62,599 bases of DNA, filler included, from Nitrospinota bacterium (GCA_022562795.1; 3 parts of 3 records of this genome joined end to end with filler, not necessarily neighbours in it); one strand, 5' to 3'. Positions 1 to 10,369 are shown, counted from the first letter of the whole stretch. Program-made: numbers and translations. The notes: a model not told the origin generated them from the sequence alone.

Positions 1-1
1 T

Positions 2-382
2 ATCTTGCCGGTGACGGCGGGGACCACGGTAAACATCCTCAACAGCGACGATGTGCCGCACACCGCCTTCACCCCCTCGGAAGTGGGCGACAAGTTCGAT
101 AGTGGAATCATGGTCAAAGGCGATGCTCAAAGCTTCACCTTCAATAAGCCTGGGGTTATTCCCGTTCTGTGCGCCCTCCACCCGGAGATGGAGGCCTACA
201 TAGTAGTCTTGAAGAACCCTCTCTATGCGGTCTCCGACGAGAAGGGGAACTTCGAGTTTACGAACGTCTCGGCTGGGCCCCATCGTCTCTCCACCTGGCA
301 CAAGAAGCTCAAGACCAAGACCACGGATGTAGAGGTCCCCGACCAAGGGACGGTGGAGGTGACGTTCAAGCTGCGGCGCTAG
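2..382 (+). CDS. Cupredoxin (blue-copper-like) domain plus carboxypeptidase-regulatory-like beta domain; 5' partial
   Basis: N-x-D-x-x-P-H and C-x-x-H-x-x-M (CALHPEM) type-1 copper-ligand pattern, followed by a 'SDEKGNFEFTNV..G.H.L.TWH' beta-sandwich. The frame is open to the window edge. Confidence 0.7.
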   Translation: MLPVTAGTTVNILNSDDVPHTAFTPSEVGDKFDSGIMVKGDAQSFTFNKPGVIPVLCALHPEMEAYIVVLKNPLYAVSDEKGNFEFTNVSAGPHRLSTWHKKLKTKTTDVEVPDQGTVEVTFKLRR

Positions 383-402
383 CTCCCACACAGGAGTGAG
401 AC

Positions 403-1302
403 ATGGCTTCATACCGAACTATCCTGAAAGTCATCCTCGTTGGGTGTTTGGTGATCGGCGGCAGCGTGCTTGTGGTGGCTGCCGCCGACTCCGCAGGCGA
501 TTCCAAGCGGCCGAGCGTCGAGGGCCAGGTGATGCGCTTAGATGCCGACTCGGTGGAGATTCTCATTCCCCAGGCCGCCGTCTCTTCGGTGGCGTTCGAC
601 TTCCAGAATCCATCAGAGACCTCCGACATCCTCACCCTGCGTGAGGGACACCTGGTACTCAAGGGTAGGATTGTAGAGGCCGCGGCCGAGACCCTCCTTG
701 TGCGTTTTCCCAAGGAGGCGCTGATGAAGATAGTGGTGGTCTATCCCCAGCCGACCACCCCAGGGGCGACCTCGGCAGTCAAAGCCGCCCCAGAACCTGT
801 TGCGCCCAGCGCCGGAGAGCCATTTGAATTTGCATCGGCGGCTGGTTACACTGGGGATGAAGCTCTTACAGCTCTTTCGCCCCTGCCAGGGCTTGGCCCT
901 AGGCAAGAAACCTCCCTGGAGCAGCAGGTCGAAACCGCCTTGGATTCCCGCCTCTACGGGAGGGTGGCCGGTGCCGTTGTCTGGGAGGGGCGACCGCTGG
1001 AGCGATGTGAAGTGAAGCTGAAACCCCTCGCCGAGGAGTGGGCACTTCTAGGCCTCTTTAATTCCTTCACAAAACGTGACGAAAATTCTCGCGTAGAGCG
1101 GGAGACTCTGACCGCCGTGACCGACGCTCAAGGCCAATTCGCCTTCCCACGAGTCCCGCCTGGCCCATACGATCTGTACTGGCGAACCCCTGGAAGCCTT
1201 TCGTGGATCCGCCGATTGAGCGCGGAACCCAGCTTGACGCTGACCCCGGGGAGGACCATCGCCTACCCCGTGATCGAGGCTCATGTTCGGACGGTTAATT
1301 AA
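403..1302 (+). CDS. Secreted/membrane-anchored hypothetical protein with C-terminal carboxypeptidase-regulatory-like domain
   Basis: AGGAG RBS, hydrophobic N-terminus, 'AVTDAQGQFAFPRVPPGPYDL' motif. Confidence 0.65.
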   Translation: MASYRTILKVILVGCLVIGGSVLVVAAADSAGDSKRPSVEGQVMRLDADSVEILIPQAAVSSVAFDFQNPSETSDILTLREGHLVLKGRIVEAAAETLLVRFPKEALMKIVVVYPQPTTPGATSAVKAAPEPVAPSAGEPFEFASAAGYTGDEALTALSPLPGLGPRQETSLEQQVETALDSRLYGRVAGAVVWEGRPLERCEVKLKPLAEEWALLGLFNSFTKRDENSRVERETLTAVTDAQGQFAFPRVPPGPYDLYWRTPGSLSWIRRLSAEPSLTLTPGRTIAYPVIEAHVRTVN

Positions 1303-1532
1303 GATTCTGGCATCAATCCCGAAAATGAAACTTTTGAGGGAGTCTATGAGGGCTTCCTCATCATCGAGACCAGAGAAGAAGACGGACACCACCTCCAGGT
1401 CTGTGCCAACTATAACAAGACGCTGTTCTTTGAATTCAAAGATGAAGAGACAGATTCTAAAGAGAACGTAGAGTCAGTCCCCAGCGCCACCTTTGAGACT
1501 TCCGGCACCTTTTCTGGGATTTCTAGGATTGC

Positions 1533-1703
1533 TCAATATGTCTCGGGTTGACTTCCACTTAAGGCTCCATCCCGCATTTCTCTTAAGAGTTTAGTGCTAT
1601 TAAGCTTAATTCCTTCCTTTTTTCTTAAACGTTGAGCCTCCTTGGCGATTTCATCGATTTCACGGGCGGCCCTTTCGATGGCCTCTCGTTCATTCTTAGT
1701 CAT
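1533..1703 (-). CDS. Small helical protein resembling a VapB-type antitoxin (orphan)
   Basis: GGAGG RBS. MTKNEREAIERAAREIDEIAKE...NSTKLLREMRD; the S-T-x-L-L-R-E-M-R-D tail recalls antitoxins that precede PIN toxins. No toxin ORF follows. Confidence 0.4.
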   Translation of the reverse strand: MTKNEREAIERAAREIDEIAKEAQRLRKKEGIKLNSTKLLREMRDGALSGSQPETY

Positions 1704-1814
1704 GGTCATTCCTCCCCATCGGCTTTTCAGATGATACCACAGCCCCGGAATTATGGAAGTGGGAATCGATTCCCATGTGTGGACATTGGAGGACACGCTC
1801 GGCCCAAATCCGCC

Positions 1815-1844
1815 TTGACAAGCACTGGATGAGAAGGCGATAAT
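1815..1844 (+). promoter_or_regulatory. Putative sigma70 promoter for the scpA cluster
   Basis: TTGACA-N18-GATAAT. Confidence 0.4.
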
Positions 1845-1932
1845 AGCGCAGGTGTTAAGCGCGCCTGCCCTTCGGCCTGGGAGGGAGTTTTTCGCTGCGG
1901 CCGCCGCGAGGCGACCGGCGGTGGTCCAGCCC

Positions 1933-2664
1933 ATGCCATACCAGGTCAACCTGCCCGTCTTTGAAGGCCCCTTAGATCTGCTCCTGCACCTCATTCGGGT
2001 CCATGAGATAGACATCTACGACATCCCAATCGCCCGACTGACGGCCGAGTACCTCGCCCACCTCGAGCTCATGAAGGCGCTCGACATAGATGTCGCCGGC
2101 GAGTGGATCGTCATGGCGGCAACCCTCGCCTACATCAAGAGCCGCACGCTCCTCCCTAGTCCTCCAGAGGCCGACGAGCTCGATGAGGAGGACCCGCGCC
2201 AAGAGCTAGTGGAAAAACTCCTGGAGTACCAGCGGGTCAAGGCCATGGCGATGGACCTTAAGGAGCGGGAGCTGGAGCAGCGGGAGGTCTACCTCCGGCC
2301 TCCGGCTGAGATTCCTGAGGATGAAGATGAAGAGATAATCCTCGACGTCACCCTCTTCGATCTCTTTGAAGCCTTCACGGCGCTCCTCGAGAAGCTGCCT
2401 GCCGACGAGGCCCTCGAGCTGGTTATCGTGGAGATGAGCGTGACCGAGAGGATTCACACCGTCCTTGAGCGTCTGGAGGGCAAGGGGCCGATAGCATTCG
2501 AGGGCCTGTTCGACGGGGCCGCCAGCCGATTGGAGGTCGTCGTTACTTTCTTGGCGCTCTTGGAGATGATGCGCCATAACTTAATCCTCGTTCAGCAACT
2601 CAAGCCCTCCGGCCCCTTCCGGGTGAGCCTGGCAGTGGCGGAGGAGGAGCCCGCATGGAGTTGA
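1933..2664 (+). CDS. scpA: Segregation and condensation protein A
   Basis: FEGPLDLLLHLI, DIYDIPI, VVTFLALLE motifs. Start placed at ATG 1933. Confidence 0.95.
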   Translation: MPYQVNLPVFEGPLDLLLHLIRVHEIDIYDIPIARLTAEYLAHLELMKALDIDVAGEWIVMAATLAYIKSRTLLPSPPEADELDEEDPRQELVEKLLEYQRVKAMAMDLKERELEQREVYLRPPAEIPEDEDEEIILDVTLFDLFEAFTALLEKLPADEALELVIVEMSVTERIHTVLERLEGKGPIAFEGLFDGAASRLEVVVTFLALLEMMRHNLILVQQLKPSGPFRVSLAVAEEEPAWS

Positions 2665-3290
2665 ACAAGCAGATTATCGAAGCGCTGCTTTTTGCGGCCG
2701 ACCAGCCGATAACCCTCGCTCAAATGGCCGAGCTCGGCCCTGAGGATGTGGAGAAGGCATCCCTGCGCGTGATGCTGGAAGAGCTCGCAGAGGACTACGA
2801 CGGACGAGGTGTTCAACTCAAGGAGGTTGCCGGGGGCTGGCAGCTCTCCACCCGGCCCGAGTATGGCGAATGGGTCCGGCGGATGCATCACGTCGAGTCC
2901 AGAGCGAAGCTCTCCAGGGCTGCTCTCGATACTCTGGCCATCGTCGTCTACCGCCAGCCAATAACGAAGACGGAGGTCGAGGCCCTGAGGGGCGTAGACT
3001 CCTCGGGAGTGTTAAAGACCCTCCTGGAGCGACGCCTCATCAAAATTCTAGGGCGAAAGCGGGTCGTTGGACGGCCCATTCTATACGGCTCCTCCCGCGA
3101 GTTCCTCCAATACTTTGGGCTGAGCGACCTCACCGACCTGCCGCGGCCCGAGGACTTGGACATGCCGCCAGAGGCAGCTCCCGCGGACGAGCAGGGCGAC
3201 CTCCTGGCGGCCCTGGAGGCGCCCGGCGAGGCTCAGGTGGTGGGGGACGGAGCTTTCGACCATGAGGAAGGGGCGACCCTGGAGGCCTGA
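2655..3290 (+). CDS. scpB: Segregation and condensation protein B
   Basis: IEALLFAA, LS.AALDTLAIVVYRQPIT, GRPILYG..FL.YFGL. Overlaps the end of scpA. Confidence 0.95.
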   Translation: MELNKQIIEALLFAADQPITLAQMAELGPEDVEKASLRVMLEELAEDYDGRGVQLKEVAGGWQLSTRPEYGEWVRRMHHVESRAKLSRAALDTLAIVVYRQPITKTEVEALRGVDSSGVLKTLLERRLIKILGRKRVVGRPILYGSSREFLQYFGLSDLTDLPRPEDLDMPPEAAPADEQGDLLAALEAPGEAQVVGDGAFDHEEGATLEA

Positions 3291-4023
3291 GGGCCCCGTT
3301 CGTCTTCAGACCCTCCTGGCGCGGGCAGGCGTGGCCTCCCGCCGCCGGGCAGAGCGGATGATCGAGGCCGGCCGGGTGGCGGTCAACGACAGTGTCGTTC
3401 GCACTTTGGGAACAAAGGCCGACCCGGCCTGCGACTCAATTACCGTCGACGACAAACCACTGCCCCCCTTCGAGCCGCCCGTTTACTACCTCCTTCACAA
3501 GCCTGCGGGCTTCCTCTCGACGATGAAAGACCCCAGGGGGCGGCCTACGGTGGCCGATTTGCTAGAGGCCATCCCCCAGCGGGTCTACCCGGTCGGGAGG
3601 CTCGACGCCGACACCGAGGGCCTCCTGTTGGTCACCAACGACGGCGCCGCCGCCCAGGCGATACTCCACCCCAGCCACCAGGTGACGAAGACCTACAGTG
3701 CGCTGGTGGACGGGCATCCTTCTCGGGAGGCAATGGCTCGGCTCCGAGGTGGGGTGGAGCTGACCGACGGCCCGACGGCTCCGGCTCGGGCCCGTATCCT
3801 TAGGCGGCGGGGGGGCGAGACCTGGATCGAGCTTACACTAACAGAGGGGCGCAAGCATCAGGTAAAACGGATGTGCCGGGCGGTGGGCCACCCCGTGCGC
3901 CTGCTCCGTCGAACCGCGATCGCCTTCTTTACTCTGGAGGGGCTCGCTCCTGGGGAGACCCGCCGTCTGACACCTGCAGAGATCCGCCGCCTCCGAGCCC
4001 TCGGTTCGCCAACAAACGGTTGA
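3262..4023 (+). CDS. rluB: rRNA pseudouridine synthase (RluB/RsuA family)
   Basis: S4 domain (RLQ.LLARAGVASRR), VGRLD catalytic motif, EGRKHQVKRM; usual scpAB-rluB synteny. Confidence 0.88.
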   Translation: MRKGRPWRPEGPVRLQTLLARAGVASRRRAERMIEAGRVAVNDSVVRTLGTKADPACDSITVDDKPLPPFEPPVYYLLHKPAGFLSTMKDPRGRPTVADLLEAIPQRVYPVGRLDADTEGLLLVTNDGAAAQAILHPSHQVTKTYSALVDGHPSREAMARLRGGVELTDGPTAPARARILRRRGGETWIELTLTEGRKHQVKRMCRAVGHPVRLLRRTAIAFFTLEGLAPGETRRLTPAEIRRLRALGSPTNG

Positions 4024-4088
4024 CCCTCCTAGGGTTTCGTGCTAGGAGTGCAACCTACCGACGACAGGATCATCCGAGGAGGCCACCC

Positions 4089-5273
4089 GTGGATCGGACC
4101 TACGCACAGCCCCGTCGTAGGCTGAAGGGCGTCCAGGTGGCGCTCGCCGCCCTGGCCATTGTGGTGGCGGCCGAGCCCGGGACCAGCTGGGCCCAGCGGG
4201 CGCGGCCGGAGGCCCTGCTGACCGCCGAGGGTGTGGGCGTCATCGTCAAGCGCAACCAGGCCCGCGCCCGCGATCAGGCGATCGTCAACGCCCTGCGCCG
4301 GTGCGTGGAGCAGTCCGTAGGCGACCTGGTTGACCCCGAACTCATCCTCGACAATTACCCGCTGGTGACCGCCGAGATTCTCGACCGGGCTGAAGACTAC
4401 ATCCGACGATACCGCATCTTCCACGAGGAGGCCGTCCCCGAGGCCCACCTTTACCGCGTAGCTATTCAGGCCACCGTTGCCAGGGGAAGCCTAAAAAGCG
4501 ATCTCCAGGCGATGGGGCTCTACCTGGAGCGGAGGGGCAAGCCCACGGTCATGGTTCTCATCGAGGAGGTCGCCGCGCCCGACGGGGGACGGCCTCCACC
4601 GGGCAACACCTCCCAGCGGACATTTCTCGATCACTTGCGAGGCCGAGGGTTTCCCGTCGCTGAAAGCCCGCCGGCCACCAACCCCAACGTGCTACAGGCC
4701 CTGGCCGGCAGCCCCCAGGCCGCCGCCGCCCTCGCCCAAGGCGCCGGTGCGGAAGTGGTCTTGCTCGGCAAAACCGTCGTACGCCGCATCAGCCTCTCTG
4801 GAGGTGCGCGCTCGCCCTCGTACCAAGCCACCATATCGGTGAGAGCCGTGGAGGCTGATGAGGGCCGAGTGGTGGTGACCGGGAGTGAGTCCGCCCTGGC
4901 TCTGCCCGGAGAATCAGGTACGTCGGAGGCCGTCATCCGGAAGGCCGGTGAAAGGCTGGCCGCCTTTATAGCCGAACAGCTACTAATCCACTGGCGGGTG
5001 GAGGAGACCGAGACCACCCAAATCGCGCTGGCCATCACGGGGACCTCGGTCGGCGATCTCGCTCAGTTCAAAGCAGTTCTTAGAAGCAATATCGCGGGAG
5101 TGCGCCAGCTTATCCAGCGGCGCTACAGCGAAGAAGGGGCGTTGGTCGAGGTCGGATACACGGGCAATGCCTCCGAGCTCGCTGAGTCCATCCGCCGGAC
5201 CCGCTTCGGGCTCTTCACCGTCCAGCTCGTCGGCGTCGGCCCCCAACGGCTTGATATCCAAATCCTCCCATAA
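4089..5273 (+). CDS. Secreted protein with FlgT N-terminal-like domain
   Basis: GAGGAGG RBS before GTG 4089, signal peptide, 'ARDQAIVNALRRCVEQSVG' FlgT/LPP20-like segment. Confidence 0.55.
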   Translation: MDRTYAQPRRRLKGVQVALAALAIVVAAEPGTSWAQRARPEALLTAEGVGVIVKRNQARARDQAIVNALRRCVEQSVGDLVDPELILDNYPLVTAEILDRAEDYIRRYRIFHEEAVPEAHLYRVAIQATVARGSLKSDLQAMGLYLERRGKPTVMVLIEEVAAPDGGRPPPGNTSQRTFLDHLRGRGFPVAESPPATNPNVLQALAGSPQAAAALAQGAGAEVVLLGKTVVRRISLSGGARSPSYQATISVRAVEADEGRVVVTGSESALALPGESGTSEAVIRKAGERLAAFIAEQLLIHWRVEETETTQIALAITGTSVGDLAQFKAVLRSNIAGVRQLIQRRYSEEGALVEVGYTGNASELAESIRRTRFGLFTVQLVGVGPQRLDIQILP

Positions 5274-5290
5274 GGAAAGGCCCCGAGTCC

Positions 5291-5884
5291 GTGAACCTGC
5301 CAAACGGCATCACCCTGCTGCGAATCCTGGTTATCCCGTTCTTCGTCATGCTCCTCATCTACGGCATGGCCGGCTGGGCGTTGGGGGTTTTTATCCTGAC
5401 GGCCATCACCGACGCTATCGACGGCTACATCGCCAGGACGCGAAAGCAACGCACCCCCCTGGGGGAGGTTCTCGATCCTCTGGCGGATAAGTTGCTGCTG
5501 ACGACCGCCTTCATCACCCTCGCCTACCTCAGGATCCTCCCCGCATGGCTGGCTATCCTCGTCGTAAGCCGCGACGTCATTCTCGTTTTCGGCTCCCTCC
5601 TGCTCCACCTCATTACCGGCAGCCTGCGGATCGAGCCGACCATCATGGGAAAGGGGACTACGGTCACGCAGGTGCTGACGGTCTCATTCGCCCTCCTTGT
5701 GAACATAACCCACTGGGGAGGGTGGCCATTGTGGGCGTGTGTGTGGGCAACCGCCGTCTTGACGAGCCTCTCGGGCGTTCAATACATTTACCGGGGAATG
5801 ACCGGCGCACACAAGCCGGCCGAGCCCGAGCTAGTAGAGGAAATTGTGGACCATGAGCCTTACCATCCGGATTACCGTCGGTGA
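5291..5884 (+). CDS. pgsA: CDP-alcohol phosphatidyltransferase (PgsA-like)
   Basis: NLPNGITLLR and D-x2-D-G-x2-A-R...G-x3-D-x3-D signature. Confidence 0.85.
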   Translation: MNLPNGITLLRILVIPFFVMLLIYGMAGWALGVFILTAITDAIDGYIARTRKQRTPLGEVLDPLADKLLLTTAFITLAYLRILPAWLAILVVSRDVILVFGSLLLHLITGSLRIEPTIMGKGTTVTQVLTVSFALLVNITHWGGWPLWACVWATAVLTSLSGVQYIYRGMTGAHKPAEPELVEEIVDHEPYHPDYRR

Positions 5885-6227
5885 CTTGGTGCTGACGGCC
5901 AACCTCCACGATACCGAGACGGCACGGCGCATTTGGGAGGCATTGCCGCTGGAGGCCGACGGAAGCCTCTGGGGTGATGAAATTTACTTCGAGATTCCCG
6001 TTGAGATGGGCGAGGAGGACCCCCAGGCGGTGGTCGAGGTGGGAGACCTCGGCTACTGGCCCACCGGCCAGGCCTTCTGCCTCTTCTGGGGCCCCACGCC
6101 GGCGAGCGAGGGAGACGAGATTCGCCCCGCCAGCGCGGTCAACGTCTTCGGCCGTATCGTTGAAGACGCCCGTCTCCTCGGCAGCGCCACCACGACCCAC
6201 GTGAGGGTGGAAAGGGTGGAAGGCTGA
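5853..6227 (+). CDS. Cyclophilin-like fold protein
   Basis: WGDEIYF, GDLGYWP.GQAFCLFWGPTP, PASAVNVFGRI. Confidence 0.85.
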   Translation: MSLTIRITVGDLVLTANLHDTETARRIWEALPLEADGSLWGDEIYFEIPVEMGEEDPQAVVEVGDLGYWPTGQAFCLFWGPTPASEGDEIRPASAVNVFGRIVEDARLLGSATTTHVRVERVEG

Positions 6228-6402
6228 AGAGGCCGGCAGCGGGCTCTTCAGCCCCCGCCTTCCTATACGGCAAGCTCCTCCTGGAGATGCGGGGAGGCCA
6301 CACCCTCGAAGGCCCTTGACTTTCCATCTCGGCACTGCAGCATTACTTTAATAGAAGACGTTTTTGTTCACGGCGCCCACCACGGCCGGAGATCCTCCCC
6401 CT

Positions 6403-9267
6403 ATGGAAGCTCGCATCGAAAAGATCGTAGAGGACCTCAAAGCGGTCGTTAGGGGCGAGGTCTACGGGGATGACCTCCACCGGGTCATGTACGCAACGGG
6501 GGCGTGCATCTTTGAGCAAAAACCCCTCGTCGTTGTCGTCCCTAGAGACCGCGACGACGTTGTCGCCGCCGTTGGCTACGCCGCCGCCGAGGACATCCCC
6601 CTGACCGCGCGCGGGGCCGCCTCGGGTAGGTGCGGCCAGGCCCTCGGCCCAGGCCTCATCCTCGATTTCTCAAAGTTCTTCCGCACGATCGGCCCTCTGG
6701 ATGAAGAGACCGGCCGCGTGACCGTCCAGCCCGGCGTCGTGCTCTCAGCGCTGAACAAGGCCCTTGCCCCTAACGGCCGCTTCTTCCCACCTGACCCCTC
6801 CAGCGGGAGCTTCTGCACCCTGGGAGGCATGATCGGCACAAACGCCTCGGGGCCCCGCTCGGTGAAGTACGGTATGACCCGCGACTGGCTGGAGTCGGTC
6901 GAGGCGGTGCTTGCCGACGGGACGGTCGTTCGCACCCGTCCTTTGCGCGCAGACAGCCCCGCATACGACGACCTGGCCTCAAGCGGCTCGCCGGAGGGGC
7001 TACTATACTCCGGGGTGCGGAAGATTTGCGCCTCCTACGCCCAGGCCCTTGAGGCCCGCCGTCCCACGGTGAAGAAAGACTCAATGGGCTACAACCTCTG
7101 GCGCACCATGGAGGGAGACGTCGTCGACCTCGCTCAGCTCCTGTGCGGCAGCGAGGGCACGCTGGCCTGCATCACCGAGGCCACCTTAAAGACCGCTCCC
7201 ATGCCGGCGCACACGGCTACGGCTCTCCTCTTTTGCGACTCGCTGGAGAAGGTGGGCGACGCAGTCCTCGCGCTCCTGGAGCACGGCCCCAGCATGTTGG
7301 AGATTATGGAGAAAGTCCTTCTGGAGACGGCCCGCAAGGAGGATAGGGCTCTCGATAAGCTCCTTCCGCCGGATGCGGAGATTACCTTCCTGGTGGAGGT
7401 TGAGGGCGAGAGCGCAAAGGCATGCAGGGAGGCCCTTGCGGATATCGAGGAGCGGCTGGTAGGCCAAACGCGCCTCGCCACAGGAATGGTCGCCCCCGCC
7501 GAGGCCGCCGAGCAGAAAAAACTCATTCAGGTTAGGAAGGCGAGCGCCTCCATTCTGAACCGAATCCACGGCGGCCGCAGGCCGGCGGCCTTCATAGAGG
7601 ACGCCGCCGTCCATCCCCAACTCCTGGCCAAATTCCTCATGGGCCTTAGGGAGATTTTCAGCGAGCTGGGGGTCGTCGCCCACATGTTCGGCCATGCCGG
7701 GAGCGGCAACATCCACGTCAACCCCCTTCTCAACATGAAAGATGCCGGGGAGGTGGCCCTCATGGAGGAGCTGGCCAGCCGGGCCCACGAGCTCACCCTC
7801 GCCCTCGGCGGCACGTTGAGCGCCGAGCACGGTGACGGGCTCGCCAGGACGGCATACCTCAAGGAGGCCATGGGGGAGCTCTACCCGGCGTTAGTGGAGG
7901 TCAAGGACCTCTTCGACCCTCGGCGCATTATGAACCCGGGCAAGATTATCGCCGACGAGCCCGTGCCCTTCACGACGCAACTTCGCTACGGCCCGGAGTA
8001 CAAGTGGGTGGAGACGGTGAGCGCCTTCGACACAGAAAAGCTGAGGCTGGAGGTTGAAAAGTGCCACGGCTGCGGGGCCTGCCGGGACTACTGCCCCGTG
8101 GCGGTGGCCACGGGGGATGAGCGTGCCAACGCCCGTTCCAAGGCAAACCTCCTTCGGGGCGTTATCTCGGGTGAGCTGGATAGCGGCGTGCTGGTGAGCG
8201 ACGAGTTCAAGGCGGTTATGGACCTCTGCGTCAACTGCCAGCTCTGTCTCACCCGCTGCCCCAGCAAGATCGACATTCCTGGCCTCTGTGTCGAAGCCCG
8301 AAGCCACTACGTGGCCGAGCGGGGCCAGTCGCTGCAAAACACCCTCCTTGGGGCCGCGGGATTTACATCTTGGCTTGGGAGCCTCACCGCGCCGCTCTCC
8401 AACTGGGCTAACCGGCTCGCTCCCCTACGGGCCTGCATGGAGATGGTCTCCGGCATCCACCGCAGGCGCAACCTCCCCGTCTTTCACCGAAAGACCTTCA
8501 ACGACTGGTTCCGCCGCCATCGCTCGGTGGGCCAAAAGACTGTGGTCTACTTCCCCGGCTGCTTCGGCGTCTACAACGACCCTGAGGGCGAGGCCCGCGC
8601 GGCCGTGGAGGTCCTCGAGGCCAACGGCTTCCAGGTGCTCGTGCCAGAGGTCAAGTGCTGCGGCATCGGAAAGCTCACCGTAGGGAGCAAGAAGGCCCTC
8701 GTACCCGAGGCGGCCTACAACGTCCGCCTGCTCTACGACTACGTCCGTCGGGGCTCCCACGTCCTCTTCTCAGCGCCCTCGTGCTGCCTGGCGGTGAAGC
8801 GGGACTACCCGGAGCTGCTCGGCACGAGGGAGGCCGAAGAGGTCGCCGAGGCCTGCTCGGACATCATTGAATTCCTCTGGCGCCTTTACGAAGAGGGGAA
8901 CCTCAACACCGACTTCGCCCCCGTGCCCCTGGTTGTAACCTACCACAACCCTTGCCACTCCGAGGCCCTCGGGGTGGTCGACCAGCCCGTCTCGCTCATG
9001 CGACTCATCCCGGGCGTGGAGGTGCGCGACCTGGGCGAGGATACCTGCTGCGGGATTGCCGGGACCTTCGGCTTCAAGACCCAGCACTACGACCAGGCCA
9101 TGGCGATGGGCGAGCCCCTCTTCGAGCACCTTCAGGCCACCGAGGCGCCGGTGGCGCTGACCACCTGCGGCACCTGCAAGCTCCAGATGGAGCACGCCAC
9201 CGACATGGAGGTCCTCCACCCTCTCGGGCTCCTGGCGCGGGCCTACGCAGGAACCGAGGGCCGATAA
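6403..9267 (+). CDS. FAD-linked oxidase fused to 4Fe-4S and CCG domains (GlcD/GlcF- or D-lactate-dehydrogenase-like)
   Basis: FAD-binding PCMH motifs (PDPSS, GSEGTL, HAGSGNIH, EHGDG), two CxxCxxCxxxCP clusters, CCG motifs. Confidence 0.88.
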   Translation: MEARIEKIVEDLKAVVRGEVYGDDLHRVMYATGACIFEQKPLVVVVPRDRDDVVAAVGYAAAEDIPLTARGAASGRCGQALGPGLILDFSKFFRTIGPLDEETGRVTVQPGVVLSALNKALAPNGRFFPPDPSSGSFCTLGGMIGTNASGPRSVKYGMTRDWLESVEAVLADGTVVRTRPLRADSPAYDDLASSGSPEGLLYSGVRKICASYAQALEARRPTVKKDSMGYNLWRTMEGDVVDLAQLLCGSEGTLACITEATLKTAPMPAHTATALLFCDSLEKVGDAVLALLEHGPSMLEIMEKVLLETARKEDRALDKLLPPDAEITFLVEVEGESAKACREALADIEERLVGQTRLATGMVAPAEAAEQKKLIQVRKASASILNRIHGGRRPAAFIEDAAVHPQLLAKFLMGLREIFSELGVVAHMFGHAGSGNIHVNPLLNMKDAGEVALMEELASRAHELTLALGGTLSAEHGDGLARTAYLKEAMGELYPALVEVKDLFDPRRIMNPGKIIADEPVPFTTQLRYGPEYKWVETVSAFDTEKLRLEVEKCHGCGACRDYCPVAVATGDERANARSKANLLRGVISGELDSGVLVSDEFKAVMDLCVNCQLCLTRCPSKIDIPGLCVEARSHYVAERGQSLQNTLLGAAGFTSWLGSLTAPLSNWANRLAPLRACMEMVSGIHRRRNLPVFHRKTFNDWFRRHRSVGQKTVVYFPGCFGVYNDPEGEARAAVEVLEANGFQVLVPEVKCCGIGKLTVGSKKALVPEAAYNVRLLYDYVRRGSHVLFSAPSCCLAVKRDYPELLGTREAEEVAEACSDIIEFLWRLYEEGNLNTDFAPVPLVVTYHNPCHSEALGVVDQPVSLMRLIPGVEVRDLGEDTCCGIAGTFGFKTQHYDQAMAMGEPLFEHLQATEAPVALTTCGTCKLQMEHATDMEVLHPLGLLARAYAGTEGR

Positions 9268-9326
9268 CACCTCAACTGGTTCCCTACGAAAAACAATCGC
9301 GATGTAAGGAAGGGACGGGAGCTCGT

Positions 9327-10280
9327 CTACTCAAGCTCCGCAAAGGGCTCCGGCAGGGGGTAGCGAGGCGGGGGGTTTTTTAGAAAGGCCTCCAGCTCCT
9401 CCAGGGTCGGGATGCCCGCCCGGCCTCCCAGCTCCCGGCACTTGAGGGCCGCCGCCGCGTTGGCGAAATCGAGTCTTCGGCCCATAGGCCATCCGTTTAA
9501 AAGACCGTAGAGGTAGCCGGCGTGGAAGACGTCCCCGCACCCGGTGGTGTCCACCACGGGAACCTGAAAGCCACCCTTGGCCACAATCCCGTTCTCGTCT
9601 AGCGCCACGCAGCCTTCCCGGCCCATCGTCACACCGGCCACGGAGGGCCCGGCGGCCCGGATGGCTTCGAGACCCTCCCTGAGGTCCTCTAGGCCCGAGT
9701 AGGCCCGAACGAAGCCAGCGGTCCCGATGCAATGGTCGGTGGAGGCAACGATCTCCTGGGTCAGCGGTGAGATCTCCTCGGCGTCAAGGAGGACGGTCCG
9801 GCCACTCTTGCGGGCGGCCCGGGCTGCGCTCAAAGCCGCGGCGGCCTCGTGACCATCAATGAGGAGGGCGCGCCCCGAGGCTACGAGCTCGGCGGGGACG
9901 TCGGCGGGCGTGAGCTTGGCCTCTTCGGGACGGTGCCAGACGATGGTCCGCTCGCCGCTCGTCTCGTCGATCAAGATGGCGGCGCACTGGCTGGCCGCCC
10001 CGGAGGCGACAGAGACTGAGCTGGTGTCCACGCCCTCCCGCTCTAACTCACGGATGGTGAATTTCCCAAGCTCATCCCCGCCCACTTTGCCGACGTATGC
10101 GCACTTAAGCTTCCAGCGGCTCAAAGCCACCAGGGCCGTGGCGACCTGACCGCCGCCTGAGAGCCGAAAGCGGCTCATCTTGAGCTTGGTATCGAAGGCA
10201 GGCAGGTGGGGCACTACACAGAGGAAGTCAACGGCGTTAAGCCCCACACCGACTACATCCCAGCTTGGCTTAATACCCAT
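9327..10280 (-). CDS. PfkB-family carbohydrate kinase
   Basis: GGQVATA, GKVGGDELG, DTTGCGDVFHAG, ANAAAALKC. Confidence 0.9.
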   Translation of the reverse strand: MGIKPSWDVVGVGLNAVDFLCVVPHLPAFDTKLKMSRFRLSGGGQVATALVALSRWKLKCAYVGKVGGDELGKFTIRELEREGVDTSSVSVASGAASQCAAILIDETSGERTIVWHRPEEAKLTPADVPAELVASGRALLIDGHEAAAALSAARAARKSGRTVLLDAEEISPLTQEIVASTDHCIGTAGFVRAYSGLEDLREGLEAIRAAGPSVAGVTMGREGCVALDENGIVAKGGFQVPVVDTTGCGDVFHAGYLYGLLNGWPMGRRLDFANAAAALKCRELGGRAGIPTLEELEAFLKNPPPRYPLPEPFAELE

Positions 10281-10369
10281 AGCGGACGCTTCTTCCGAGG
10301 GCTTGGACACTCGAAGTCTACCAGAGCTGAAACGGGCGAGCAACGCTCCGGGCATGGCCAATTATTTTC

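Noticed and set aside
3873-4088. Extended N-termini from the ORF track (e.g. 3873, 1852, 26827, 29676, 50950, 54451)
   Set aside because: They overlap neighbouring genes or promoters; downstream starts fit RBS position or family N-termini better.
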